In this document: piece by piece, positions 36,698-48,406 of the stretch | Layout: each line of letters starts with the position of its first letter | Numbering within the stretch: the stretch's first letter is position 1 | Source: Octopus bimaculoides | Taxonomy: Eukaryota | Reading direction: 5' to 3' | DNA: 50,646 bases | NCBI RefSeq assembly: GCF_001194135.2 | Contig: NC_068984.1 | Span: 139,862,038-139,912,683 of the forward strand | Translations under genes and position numbers: made by a program | Notes under the pieces: generated by a model | Database searches by the model: none | Told to the model about the DNA's origin: nothing | The model's input: the letters and a program-made list of their open reading frames with translations, nothing else

Positions 36698-37727
36698 ATA
36701 GAAGACGAGTTAAAGAGGAGTTAAAGAGGATATATATATATATATATATATATANNNNNNNNNNNNNNNNNNNNNNNNNNNNNNNNNNNNNNNNNNNNNN
36801 NNNNNNNNNNNNNNNNNNNNNNNNNNNNNNNNNNNNNNNNNNNNNNNNNNNNNNNNNNNNNNNNNNNNNNNNNNNNNNNNNNNNNNNNNNNNNNNNNNNN
36901 NNNNNNNNNNNNNNNNNNNNNNNNNNNNNNNNNNNNNNNNNNNNNNNNNNNNNNNNNNNNNNNNNNNNNNNNNNNNNNNNNNNNNNNNNNNNNNNNNNNN
37001 NNNNNNNNNNNNNNNNNNNNNNNNNNNNNNNNNNNNNNNNNNNNNNNNNNNNNNNNNNNNNNNNNNNNNNNNNNNNNNNNNNNNNNNNNNNNNNNNNNNN
37101 NNNNNNNNNNNNNNNNNNNNNNNNNNNNNNNNNNNNNNNNNNNNNNNNNNNNNNNNNNNNNNNNNNNNNNNNNNNNNNNNNNNNNNNNNNNNNNNNNNNN
37201 NNNNNNNNNNNNNNNNNNNNNNNNNNNNNNNNNNNNNNNNNNNNNNNNNNNNNNNNNNNNNNNNNNNNNNNNNNNNNNNNNNNNNNNNNNNNNNNNNNNN
37301 NNNNNNNNNNNNNNNNNNNNNNNNNNNNNNNNNNNNNNNNNNNNNNNNNNNNNNNNNNNNNNNNNNNNNNNNNNNNNNNNNNNNNNNNNNNNNNNNNNNN
37401 NNNNNNNNNNNNNNNNNNNNNNNNNNNNNNNNNNNNNNNNNNNNNNNNNNNNNNNNNNNNNNNNNNNNNNNNNNNNNNNNNNNNNNNNNNNNNNNNNNNN
37501 NNNNNNNNNNNNNNNNNNNNNNNNNNNNNNNNNNNNNNNNNNNNNNNNNNNNNNNNNNNNNNNNNNNNNNNNNNNNNNNNNNNNNNNNNNNNNNNNNNNN
37601 NNNNNNNNNNNNNNNNNNNNNNNNNNNNNNNNNNNNNNNNNNNNNNNNNNNNNNNNNNNNNNNNNNNNNNNNNNNNNNNNNNNNNNNNNNNNNNNNNNNN
37701 NNNNNNNNNNNNNNATATATATATATA

Positions 37728-37910
37728 TCCTCTTTAACTCCTCTTTAACTCGTCTTCCCTCAACCTATCTTCTGTTCTACTTCCACTCTCCTTCTCTTTT
37801 GTCTCTCACATTTCCTTTTTGTCGCCACCAACAACACCTATACCGACATTCACACCCTCTCATCATGCCTGACTTCTATTCCTTTCTCCAGCACCTCCAC
37901 TCTCTTCTAT
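37728..37910. repeat. Pyrimidine-rich (TA)n-adjacent repeat that truncates the piggyBac ORF; 30 bp mirrored at 36701-36730
   Basis: 37728-37757 is the exact reverse complement of 36701-36730. Confidence 0.6.
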
Positions 37911-38762
37911 CCCTGACCAGTGTAGATTTTGTAATTCCACATATAGCCACAGACTCTACCAGTTGACTGGCATACATTATAAACCTTGACTCCAAAGCGG
38001 GCACGTTTGGTCGGGTTGTATTGTTTGAATCGGGGCCCTCCCTTGCATTTCCACAAACTCTCGTCCGTACAAAAACCCTGTGTGGGGTCCAACGACGTTC
38101 TAAAATTTACAGCCATTTCGTCAACGACAGGACGTATTTTGTGTAGCCTGTGATCCTGGTTCTCGCCTGAGTTGAAATATAGATTTCGAACAAGCGACAA
38201 AAATAATCGACCAAGTGAGATCGTTTCCAGTGTACCAGGCGTACCAGTAAACCCGTGCTGTGGGACGAAATTGTCTCTCGCTCTCCACACGAGATTATGT
38301 TGTCCAGGGCTATTCACTGCTACCTACCTGTACCTTTCATTCACCGGAATATCATCATCGCTATCGGAATCATCTGATTCTGAACTAGGAAAATACTTAT
38401 TCTCTGTATCATTGACCGGACCGGAAGAAACAAGTGGTGAGTTGGTGGAGCTTGCTGTAGCTTCCTGCGACGATCCTAAACTCGACGAAACAGGACGCGT
38501 CGGCGAAGCTGACGAAGCCAGAGTGTTAGGAGGCAACGACCTTATATTCAACAAAACAGGATACGATGGCGGAGTTGACAGAATCGGAGTGGTACAACCA
38601 GCCTATCGGGTTTGTAAATATTTACATGAAGCATCTAATCGGCCTATCAGTTGGCAAGGTGACCGGTACTAACTCAGGCGACCGGTTTTGTGTCAGGCAG
38701 CGTATAATTACGTTGAGCAATTTAAAGCCTGTACATTGCGTACGTAAATTTACGTCAACCGT
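37907..38762 (-). mobile_element. piggyBac DNA transposon 5' portion; transposase pseudogene (37907-38554) with internal deletion
   Basis: ORFs 38324-38554 and 37907-38317 share a frame and are split by one stop: acidic Ser-rich N-terminus, then DHRLHKIRPVVD..F..DESLWKCKG..FKQYNPTKRARFGVKVY..CQSTG..YMWNYKIYTG (piggyBac DDD region). Putative terminus after TTAA (38763-38766) with palindrome ACGTAAATTTACGT (38742-38755). Confidence 0.88.
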
Positions 38763-40931
38763 TTAAAAAGGATCAAATAAATATCTTCACCGCTGATACC
38801 TTTATATGGCTTATATATTCCTCAAGAAATAATTTCAGCCATCACATCTTCTGGATCCAATTTGCATGGAACACTCCATTATACTCCTCTGTATTAGATA
38901 ATTGTGGTTTGTTAGCTGAGTCCGTTAGAAGAGCTTTCTGTGATAGCTACACGATTCTACTAATCCATAACTTAACTACAATTTTATAAGTTACAATATA
39001 TACATGTATATCCTATCCACTTATAAATCAATGACGCCATTTGGGAGCACATATAGATCCTCTGTAGCAATGGTGAGGCATTGATTAGTTATATTTGAAT
39101 TATCACTCAATATATCTCTGGGAAGCTAGTTATTAGCTTAGAAGTAAATCATTATTCTGTCTTTCGAAATAAACATTGTTAAAATCGTTATTAATAGAAC
39201 CACGTCTTGTATGGATTTCTTATAACCAGTTACAGTTCGTAATGAATTGGTGAGATTCCAATTCCTGGCGTCTATACATATATGAAATTATATATTACAA
39301 TCCTATTTATATCAGAACCTCCTGTTGCATAATATAATTTTCAAAATATTATATATATANNNNNNNNNNNNNNNNNNNNNNNNNNNNNNNNNNNNNNNNN
39401 NNNNNNNNNNNNNNNNNNNNNNNNNNNNNNNNNNNNNNNNNNNNNNNNNNNNNNNNNNNNNNNNNNNNNNNNNNNNNNNNNNNNNNNNNNNNNNNNNNNN
39501 NNNNNNNNNNNNNNNNNNNNNNNNNNNNNNNNNNNNNNNNNNNNNNNNNNNNNNNNNNNNNNNNNNNNNNNNNNNNNNNNNNNNNNNNNNNNNNNNNNNN
39601 NNNNNNNNNNNNNNNNNNNNNNNNNNNNNNNNNNNNNNNNNNNNNNNNNNNNNNNNNNNNNNNNNNNNNNNNNNNNNNNNNNNNNNNNNNNNNNNNNNNN
39701 NNNNNNNNNNNNNNNNNNNNNNNNNNNNNNNNNNNNNNNNNNNNNNNNNNNNNNNNNNNNNNNNNNNNNNNNNNNNNNNNNNNNNNNNNNNNNNNNNNNN
39801 NNNNNNNNNNNNNNNNNNNNNNNNNNNNNNNNNNNNNNNNNNNNNNNNNNNNNNNNNNNNNNNNNNNNNNNNNNNNNNNNNNNNNNNNNNNNNNNNNNNN
39901 NNNNNNNNNNNNNNNNNNNNNNNNNNNNNNNNNNNNNNNNNNNNNNNNNNNNNNNNNNNNNNNNNNNNNNNNNNNNNNNNNNNNNNNNNNNNNNNNNNNN
40001 NNNNNNNNNNNNNNNNNNNNNNNNNNNNNNNNNNNNNNNNNNNNNNNNNNNNNNNNNNNNNNNNNNNNNNNNNNNNNNNNNNNNNNNNNNNNNNNNNNNN
40101 NNNNNNNNNNNNNNNNNNNNNNNNNNNNNNNNNNNNNNNNNNNNNNNNNNNNNNNNNNNNNNNNNNNAGCTGATGAAGGATTAATTCCAAGTGGGTATCT
40201 GTTTTACTTTGTGTTCGTTCCGTGGTCTGTAGTTCATTGTTCTACCGTCCTGTACCCTGATATGCATCTATATACACATGTAGATGTAAGTATGTACGTA
40301 TATGTGTGTATACATGCATATATATTCTTTGTATTATATATGTATATATATATATATATACTGTGTTAGAATAAGCGATTTGGATTTACGATAGCACAAT
40401 AAAATATTGTCACAAAGGATGATGCAAGACAATGCCTAAAATTAATTGCAAAATTCTCATCAAAATAAATTGTAATCTGGGAATATATATGGCAAGTGTT
40501 GTACTAGTTAATGCACATCATTTCACAGATAAATTAACAGTGAGCTCCACTGCATGTAATAAAATAAGCGTAAAACAGGATATGCAAATTATCTCGTAAT
40601 ATGTAATGTAAAAGCTAAACGACTGGAATAAATTTTATGATTCTGTACAGCCACCATAATATATTCCACATAAAATGCTTTTTGATGTATGAGAGGGAAA
40701 ACATAATTGATTGTCTTGCCAATTGTGTTTATATATATATATATATTTTTAGATCTGAGAAACATTAGTTTTCTTTATAGTTGTTTGTTTCTTTTTTTTT
40801 TTTCGTTTTTTGTTTTTGCTTTCGTTTTCAATTTCGATATATGAACATACGACGAAATTTTTTTAAATCTTTTAGAAAACGTGCTAGAAGATCGATGTGC
40901 TATAATCTATCAATATATACTAATGATTCGT

Positions 40932-41280
40932 GGAGGCCCAATGGCCCAGTGGTAAAGGCAGTGGACTCGCGGTCGCTGTATTGCAGTTTCGATTCCCAGA
41001 CCGATCGTTCTGAGTATATATTGAGCGAAAAAACCTAAAGCTCCACGAGGCTCCGGCAAGGGGTGGAGGAGAACACTGCTGTACTCTTTCATCACAACTT
41101 TCTCTCACTTTTTCTTCCTCTTTCTGTTGTACCTGTGTCACGCTGAATCTCCCCCGAGAACTACGTTAAGGGTACACGTGTCTGTGGAGTGCTCAGCCAC
41201 TTGCACGTTAATTTCATGAGCAGGCTGTTCCGTTGATCGTATCAACTGGAACCCTCGACGTCGTAAGCGACGGAATGCCA
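40932..41280 (+). mobile_element. SINE family C, full length with a ~30-bp internal deletion
   Basis: Colinear with 27704-28079 but lacks ATTTCAAAGGGCCAGCCTTGTCACACTCT. Confidence 0.88.
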
Positions 41281-41965
41281 GCCCTTGTTAAATATTCAAG
41301 CAATTATGTTTTTGTAGGACATGAGTGTATAACCTCAAATATATAATTGTTATTCATACTCCATACCTTGTTTGACGTAATATGTACGTGTTATATGCTT
41401 CCAGGGAACCTAGGCTGTGTCAAATTTCATGCTTAGCCCAATTGAAAGGAAATTCGTTTGCATTTTACCGCATTGCCTTTTTTTCCGGCACTTAAATCAC
41501 AACGCCAACCGTCACGTGCCTTTCATACAAAAATGAGTCCCATTAATCAGTTTAAAACAGAGTTATTTATACGTTCAAAACTAATAACCATTTACCAGAA
41601 AAAAATGCTCTTAGACAAACAGTTTTATTTTCTAAAGTGACAGAGTGATTGGCTTTGATTCTCTACTCAAATCGATTTAATGAGGAAGGTTTATAAGAGC
41701 ATGCTATAAATCCAGATAGAAATGGATTTAATGAACAAAGTTTTTCACACTTTGAGCTTAGGTTTTTCTATTTCAAATGCAATAATTCAAACACGTTTCG
41801 AAATTTTTCTAACGTTCCACTATTTGAAGGAGTGAAAGAAAATAAAGAAAAATAATTTAATCAATTAATATTTTGATTTAAATAAAATTTGGTTAAGCTA
41901 AAAGTCATTAGAGTAACAAAGTAACCGGGTACAGACACACAGTATGTATGTTTACAACACACACA

Positions 41966-42023
<58 letters not shown>

Positions 42024-42362
42024 CGACTGAAATTGATGGGTGAGAATTTGGCCAATTAGATTCGCAAGTAGACATGAAAGCGTCAATTTGTGAGTTCGAT
42101 TCAGCCTGAGGTTAGATCATCATTTTTCGGCCATTTGTTTATATTTAAAAATTGTCTTTGCAAATCGGAGAATAAAATCATTATGATAAATGTCATATAC
42201 GGTTATTATACTATGAGCCTTCCATAGTAGCTTTATCTCTGTACCTCGCAAAACCTTTCCAGTTTGTTTATAATAATATTTATGTAGTATATATTTATAT
42301 ATACATACCTGTATGAGTAAATATATATATATATATATATACATTTATCAAAACAGTTTGAA

Positions 42363-42425
42363 TCAAATTCGTCGGTACACTTGAGTTTCACGCGTGATGC
42401 TATTCGTCAGCCATGTTGAATTTGA
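42363..42425 (-). ncRNA. Type I hammerhead ribozyme-like motif
   Basis: Minus strand: TCAAATTC-AACATGG-CTGACGA-ATAGCATCACGCGT-GAAAC-TCAAGT-GTA-CCGAC-GAATTTGA. Core CUGACGA at 42404-42410, GAAAC at 42385-42389, GUA at 42376-42378. Helix I is GG/CC, then an internal loop, then an 8-bp perfect stem; helix II is weak (4 pairs with a bulge). Confidence 0.65.
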
Positions 42426-42466
42426 ATGTCCAGAAGTCGATTGTTATTACCTTAAGGTGGGATGCG

Positions 42467-42617
42467 ATTGGTAGGAGAAGGTCACGTGATGCCGTGGTTT
42501 CATGTTAGTATAAGGGTAACAGCGAGTTGGAAAATACCGCATGGAGGACAGGAAGTTGACAAGGTGGAGGCGAGGAAATAGACCACGTGGCGATTAGGAA
42601 ATCGGTCAGGTTATTGG
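42467..42617 (-). promoter_or_regulatory. Promoter-like motif cluster upstream of the hammerhead (probably a TE-internal promoter)
   Basis: CCAAT boxes (ATTGG at 42467-42471 and 42613-42617), E-boxes GTCACGTGA at 42481-42489 and CCACGTGG at 42583-42590, ETS-like CAGGAAGT at 42549-42556. Function is inferred from motifs only. Confidence 0.4.
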
Positions 42618-42636
42618 TTGGGGAGTAGGAATGGGT

Positions 42637-42698
<62 letters not shown>

Positions 42699-43015
42699 TA
42701 CATCTACACCAATACACATGCGCAACGCAGATGGTCATAAAGCAACAATGTAAACTTTAAAATATTCGATCAAAATTCCGGGATCAGCAATCAATTAAAG
42801 TTCTCTCCAATCAAATATTACAACCATCACACAGGGAGAGAGATGTTGAAGTAGTCCTATACACCAGCAGAATACGGGACAGTCATGGATGGAATGTCTT
42901 TGATTATATATCTGTCAATGAAGGGTGATTTGAACTTAAGCACCATCAGACATAAAATGCACATACACTCTCGAATTCATAAACTCAGTTACAATAGAGT
43001 ATATTCTATCAGAGA

Positions 43016-43233
43016 GCACTCCGTCGGTTACGACGACGAGCGTTCCAGCTGATACGTACAACGAAACAGCTTGCTCGTGAAATTAACGTGCAAGTGGCTG
43101 AGCACTCCATAGACACATGTAGTTCTCAGGGAGATTCAGTGTGACATAAAGTGTGACGAGGCTGGCCCTTTGAAATACAGGTACTACTCATATTTACCAG
43201 CTGAGCGGACTGGAGCAACGTGAAATAAAGTGT
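43016..43233 (-). mobile_element. SINE fragment with D-type centre and C-type tail
   Basis: Minus strand ACACTTTATTTCACGTTGCTCCAGTCC (as in D) continues into TACCTGTATTTCAAAGGGCCAGCC...GTAACCGACGGAGTGC (as in C). Confidence 0.85.
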
Positions 43234-44480
43234 AAAAGAACACAAACAGTATTCTAAAACACTGCAGTAACTCCATGAGATAATTCTAAACTTTGGTAAA
43301 TCTTGCAGAACACAAACGTACAAAAACATGGGAAATGAAACTAAAGATCTCAGTCGTTAATGAAATCCATAGTAAAACATTCTTTGGGATATAAATATAA
43401 CATGACGAAAAGTTAACATATAGCCTTACATGGAAGCCAGATAATGTCAGGGAGGTAAGGGAGATTTCCACTTCTTGATATTTGAACTGTTAGAAATTTA
43501 AAATTTAAAATCGAGGAAATAGAAATGAGATGCATATTATAAGCATTCTTTGTTTTGTTTTTTTCTTTTGCTAACTCATTACAAATATCTTAAAGTTATT
43601 ACTATTGAATAAATATATATAATACCATTTCATTCGTATTAGAAAGCGTTAACCTGGCATAACCCAGGGCAAATGAATTAAACTAAATTACACATTTTAC
43701 ACATAGAAAATAATTACAGTCCAGAAGACTCTTCACATATAGTCAGAAGTTCAAGAATAATGAAAGAAGAGAGGGGGAAATTCTTACATATTAACTGACT
43801 CCAGGGAGTTCTACCTTGCAAATAAATTCTTAACGTTGCTAATAGTTTAGTTTTATCCGCGAACAAAGTTCCCGACCTGTTTCAGTTAACTTCTTTTGGG
43901 TGTAGGTATTAGTTTCAACTTATTTCACAGTAATGAAACTTCGTTATGTAGTAGAACAGACATCTCTTCGGAAAAATTAATAATAAAATGGCAATTATTA
44001 CACTCACAGATTCGTCGACGAATTCATCTAATTAGAAACAGAAAAAGACAAGACATGTAATTCAATTTTAATATTGAGTTTAGCTCCAGGATGTTAAAGC
44101 TATATTATAGACGACTAAATTCTAAGTGAATCAGCACTACAAGAAAGGTAACACTAAAAATATTGATTGTATTTAGAATGCACCAACCAAATGATAGCAC
44201 AAAATAATTATGCTCGTCCTTTAGGGATAAAGAGAGGCCATTTGTTAATGCAATAACAATATGAAAATCATGTTGAAGAGCTAAAATAAGTGAAAGTGAA
44301 ACAAGCAGAAAACACTTGGAGGGGACAAATTCTTAATCTTTAATTGAAATATTCGGCAGGTTTATATAACAACGAGACACGTACAAGGAATATTATAGGG
44401 AAAGATCTACTAAAACGCCTAAAGGAGTTATGATATCAATAATTAAAGAACGCTGTAGACTACAACATTTGAGGTCATAC

Positions 44481-44507
44481 AACCCTAACCCTAACTCTAA
44501 CCCTAAC
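44481..44507. repeat. Short interstitial telomere-like (CCCTAA)n
   Basis: AACCCTAACCCTAACTCTAACCCTAAC. Confidence 0.8.
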
Positions 44508-44657
44508 TTGCCTGAAAATGGAATACAAAAGTTTAATTGAAATGATATCGCAAGGAGTCAATAATTTCCTGGAAATGAATGATTATTCTGTACTACAGTT
44601 ATATCCAAGAGAATGTATTGGAAACTTTTATCATTAACTATATATATATATATTTGT

Positions 44658-44762
44658 ACATGTCTGTGGAGTGCTCAGCCACTTGCACGTTAATTTCACG
44701 AGCAGGCTGTTCCGATGATCGTATCAACTGGAACCCTCGACGTCGTAAGCGACAGAGTGCTA
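44658..44762 (+). mobile_element. Family C SINE 3' tail fragment between (TA)n tracts
   Basis: Near-identical to 41175-41280. Confidence 0.85.
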
Positions 44763-45292
44763 CGATGATATATGTATATATATATATATATATATNNNNN
44801 NNNNNNNNNNNNNNNNNNNNNNNNNNNNNNNNNNNNNNNNNNNNNNNNNNNNNNNNNNNNNNNNNNNNNNNNNNNNNNNNNNNNNNNNNNNNNNNNNNNN
44901 NNNNNNNNNNNNNNNNNNNNNNNNNNNNNNNNNNNNNNNNNNNNNNNNNNNNNNNNNNNNNNNNNNNNNNNNNNNNNNNNNNNNNNNNNNNNNNNNNNNN
45001 NNNNNNNNNNNNNNNNNNNNNNNNNNNNNNNNNNNNNNNNNNNNNNNNNNNNNNNNNNNNNNNNNNNNNNNNNNNNNNNNNNNNNNNNNNNNNNNNNNNN
45101 NNNNNNNNNNNNNNNNNNNNNNNNNNNNNNNNNNNNNNNNNNNNNNNNNNNNNNNNNNNTATATACATATATATATACACATATGTATGCATTTATATTA
45201 TCTTAGTTGAAGAACTTCGATAAGGTAAATATAATAGTTACTATGCGTTTTGCTTCATTTATTCTTTATTTTATATATGTGTGTGTGTGTGC

Positions 45293-45339
<47 letters not shown>

Positions 45340-45844
45340 TATGTATATGTATATATGTATGTGTATATAGAAACACATATGTTCACTTCATCGTTGTACG
45401 CTCAGTGTATTCATGGCTGCGCTATATAGGCATATAGATTTCAGCGTTAAACAAACCCGCAATTTCTTAACAAATTATTAATATCTATAGAATCAGTAAG
45501 CAGTGACAATGATACATTTTTTCAATATTCCACCATGTTGAACGCATTAAACTATCAATTTTTATTGAGTCGGAGGTCGTTACCTTGTTTTGTTTTTTTT
45601 TCTTTTCTTATTTCACATTTTTCTATAAAACAAATTTTATATGACATTATGTCAATATGTATTTTAATATTTCTGCATATTTTTCGTCTGTGATGTTTTT
45701 TTTTTTCCAACTTTTATTATTGTTTGACGAATTGAATAATCCTTATGAAAACTGCAAGAAAATAACTGCAAGGAATAGATTAAGAAGAATTCCATGAAGG
45801 AAAAAATTTACAGCCATCTTGTAACGTTTCTTGATGATAAAAAT

Positions 45845-45869
45845 ACTGCTGCTGCTGCTGATAGTATCG

Positions 45870-45902
<33 letters not shown>

Positions 45903-46092
45903 GTGGTGTGGATGGTAGTGATAGCGGTGGTGGCGGTGATGAAGATGATGTTGATTATGATAATGGTGGTGATGATGACATTGGTGATGATCACGCTGGT
46001 GGTGGTGGTGATGGTGATGATGGATGAAAATGAATATGAGGAGGAGAAGAAAAAGAAGAAAGTGAGAAGAGGAGGATGAGGAGGACGATGAC
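45845..46092. repeat. Compound (GCT)n/(GAT)n/(GGT)n/(GAA/GAG)n trinucleotide low-complexity tract
   Basis: Explains the poly-D/poly-M ORFs. Confidence 0.9.
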
Positions 46093-47174
46093 NNNNNNNN
46101 NNNNNNNNNNNNNNNNNNNNNNNNNNNNNNNNNNNNNNNNNNNNNNNNNNNNNNNNNNNNNNNNNNNNNNNNNNNNNNNNNNNNNNNNNNNNNNNNNNNN
46201 NNNNNNNNNNNNNNNNNNNNNNNNNNNNNNNNNNNNNNNNNNNNNNNNNNNNNNNNNNNNNNNNNNNNNNNNNNNNNNNNNNNNNNNNNNNNNNNNNNNN
46301 NNNNNNNNNNGATAATTTCGACGATGATGATGATACACTTTTGTCGAAATTTCTAGAAAGATAATAAAATTTTACTTTACAATACGGAAATCCTCCAGCA
46401 GATTTACTAATTCCAGAAACTTCGATAGAAATTCAGAAATAACCAAAGATATAATTAATTAAAAATAACATCGAAAAGAAAACAAAAATAACACCGAATT
46501 CTAAATGAATTCTACAACTAAAAGACGTCGTTGCAAAAAGGAAACCTGATTAATACAGAGATAAAACAAAATAAAAATTTCAAAACAAAAAAAATAAGAA
46601 TCCAAAATTTAAAAGAAACGCTTAAAAGCTAAAGATACGGGTTAATTCGTTAAGAGGCCGTCGTCATGTTTAGCTGCAAAATTTCTTGTAGGAAACAAAT
46701 TCTTCTGTTCCATGCCGAGGTGATATATTAGTTTTTAATGAAACAAAGAAATAGATGAGAAAGTAACAGAGGATAAATTGGGAAGGAAAAAATAAAACAG
46801 GAATGCGAAGGCACCACAATACCTGGAAATGTTAAAAATAGGAAATGTTGCAAACGATTGCTCGTCGCAGGTTATATCAGGTGACGAATGAATTATCGAA
46901 GAATTAGTCAAAAAATAAATTGACAGTTGGAACATACCAAGATCAATTCAGATCAGATATGGAGACATACGCCGTCGCAGTGTGTTGCTGCATTCACTAG
47001 CTGTCGGTATACTTCTGGGTTTTCAAGTGTGACCTGCCGACCAGAGATCCATTGAGTTCCATCTCTGCGAAATACCTCCTCATTCACCGTGACCATGTGG
47101 CATGTGGTCGACCAACACCGGATTTTATGATCACCTAAACTCATGAACTGATATTGTTTGTAAAAGTTTTACAT

Positions 47175-47412
47175 GGAGTGGCTGTGTGGAGGCGCAGGAG
47201 TGGATGTGTGGTAAGTAGCTTGCTTACTAACCAGATGGTTCCGGGTTCAGTCCCACTGCGTGGCACCTTGGGCAAGTGTCTTCTACTATAGCCTCGGGCC
47301 GACCAGAGCCTTATGAGTGGATTTGGTAGACAGAAACTGAAAGTAGTTCGTCGTATATATGTATACGTATATATATATATATATATNNNNNNNNNNNNNN
47401 NNNNNNNNNNNN

Positions 47413-47443
<31 letters not shown>

Positions 47444-47665
47444 TTTGTGTGTCTGTGTTTGTCCCCCCAACATCGCTTGACAACCGATGCTGGTGCCTTT
47501 ACGTCCTCCGTAACCTAGCAGTTCGGCAAAAATGACCGATAGAATAAGTACTAGGCTTACAAAGAATAAGTCCTGGGGTTGATTTGCTCGACTAAAGGCG
47601 GTGCTCCAGCATGGCCGCAGTTAAATGACTGAAACAAGTAAAAGAGTAAAAGAGTAAAGTGAGTA
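47175..47665 (+). mobile_element. Family B SINE, complete and near consensus, with a short duplicated 5' start
   Basis: GGAGTGGCTGTGTGG precedes AGGCGCAGGAGTGGATGTGTGG; internal (TA)n with gap; tail ends in (AAAAGAGT)n. Confidence 0.92.
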
Positions 47666-47667
47666 AA

Positions 47668-47790
47668 TATATGCAAGTTATAAAAGTAATTTTAAGAAAT
47701 ATACAGTACAGTACTGTTTTTACTTCGTGGATTTTCACCAAACGCGGGTTGTTTTGGAACGGAACACCCGAAAAAGTCGAGGGATTACTG
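47668..47790 (-). mobile_element. pogo/Tigger-like DNA transposon terminal fragment
   Basis: Minus strand starts CAGTAATCCCTCGACTTTTTCGGGTGTTCCGTTCCAAAACAACCCGCG, like CAGTAATCCCTCG-type pogo/Tigger TIRs; no partner end found. Confidence 0.55.
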
Positions 47791-48264
47791 CATGTGCTTA
47801 AACTCAAAATGAATTGTTGATGCAATATAGGATTCTCCGTCTTGATATTTGTGCTAAAGAAGATTAAGTCCTTAGGCAAACAGAGATAAGAGAAAGAAAT
47901 ACCACAATGGGGATCTTAAAAACGAAAGAGATCTCATCAAGAGATTCCACTGTTAAATAAACAGACGATATTTTATAACCTAATAATATAGATGACACCA
48001 GCAGCAAAAGGTATACGCTTTTGTTAGTTCAATAGTTTGAACGCATTAACTTGACAAGTTTTATTTATATGGCGCTCGTTAAATCTTTCACCATTTTTGA
48101 TGTAACGAATTTATGTGACTCAACGTCATTATTTTATTTATTTATTTTTTAATAAACTATTCTTTGGATCCTTGCTTTAGCTCTTTGAATCTTTGATGAA
48201 TAACAAAGAAAGTAAGAAAATTGTGATAAAGAATTAAAATATGATGAAAGGACGTGATTGGGAT

Positions 48265-48317
48265 TCTTCTTCTTCTTCTTCTTCTTCTTCTTCTTCTCCA
48301 TGACTATCATCATCTTT

Positions 48318-48352
<35 letters not shown>

Positions 48353-48406
48353 TTACTACTACTACTGTTGCTACTACTACTTATAATAATAATAATTATT
48401 ATTATT
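48265..48406. repeat. (TTC)n/(TAC)n/(TAA)n/(ATT)n compound microsatellite
   Basis: Seen directly. Confidence 0.93.

Noticed and set aside
38172-38766. Plus-strand ORFs 38172-38672 and 38566-38766
   Set aside because: Antisense shadows of the piggyBac transposase and its 5' region.
46953-47144. 63-aa minus-strand ORF in GC-richer sequence
   Set aside because: No recognisable domain or convincing splice context.
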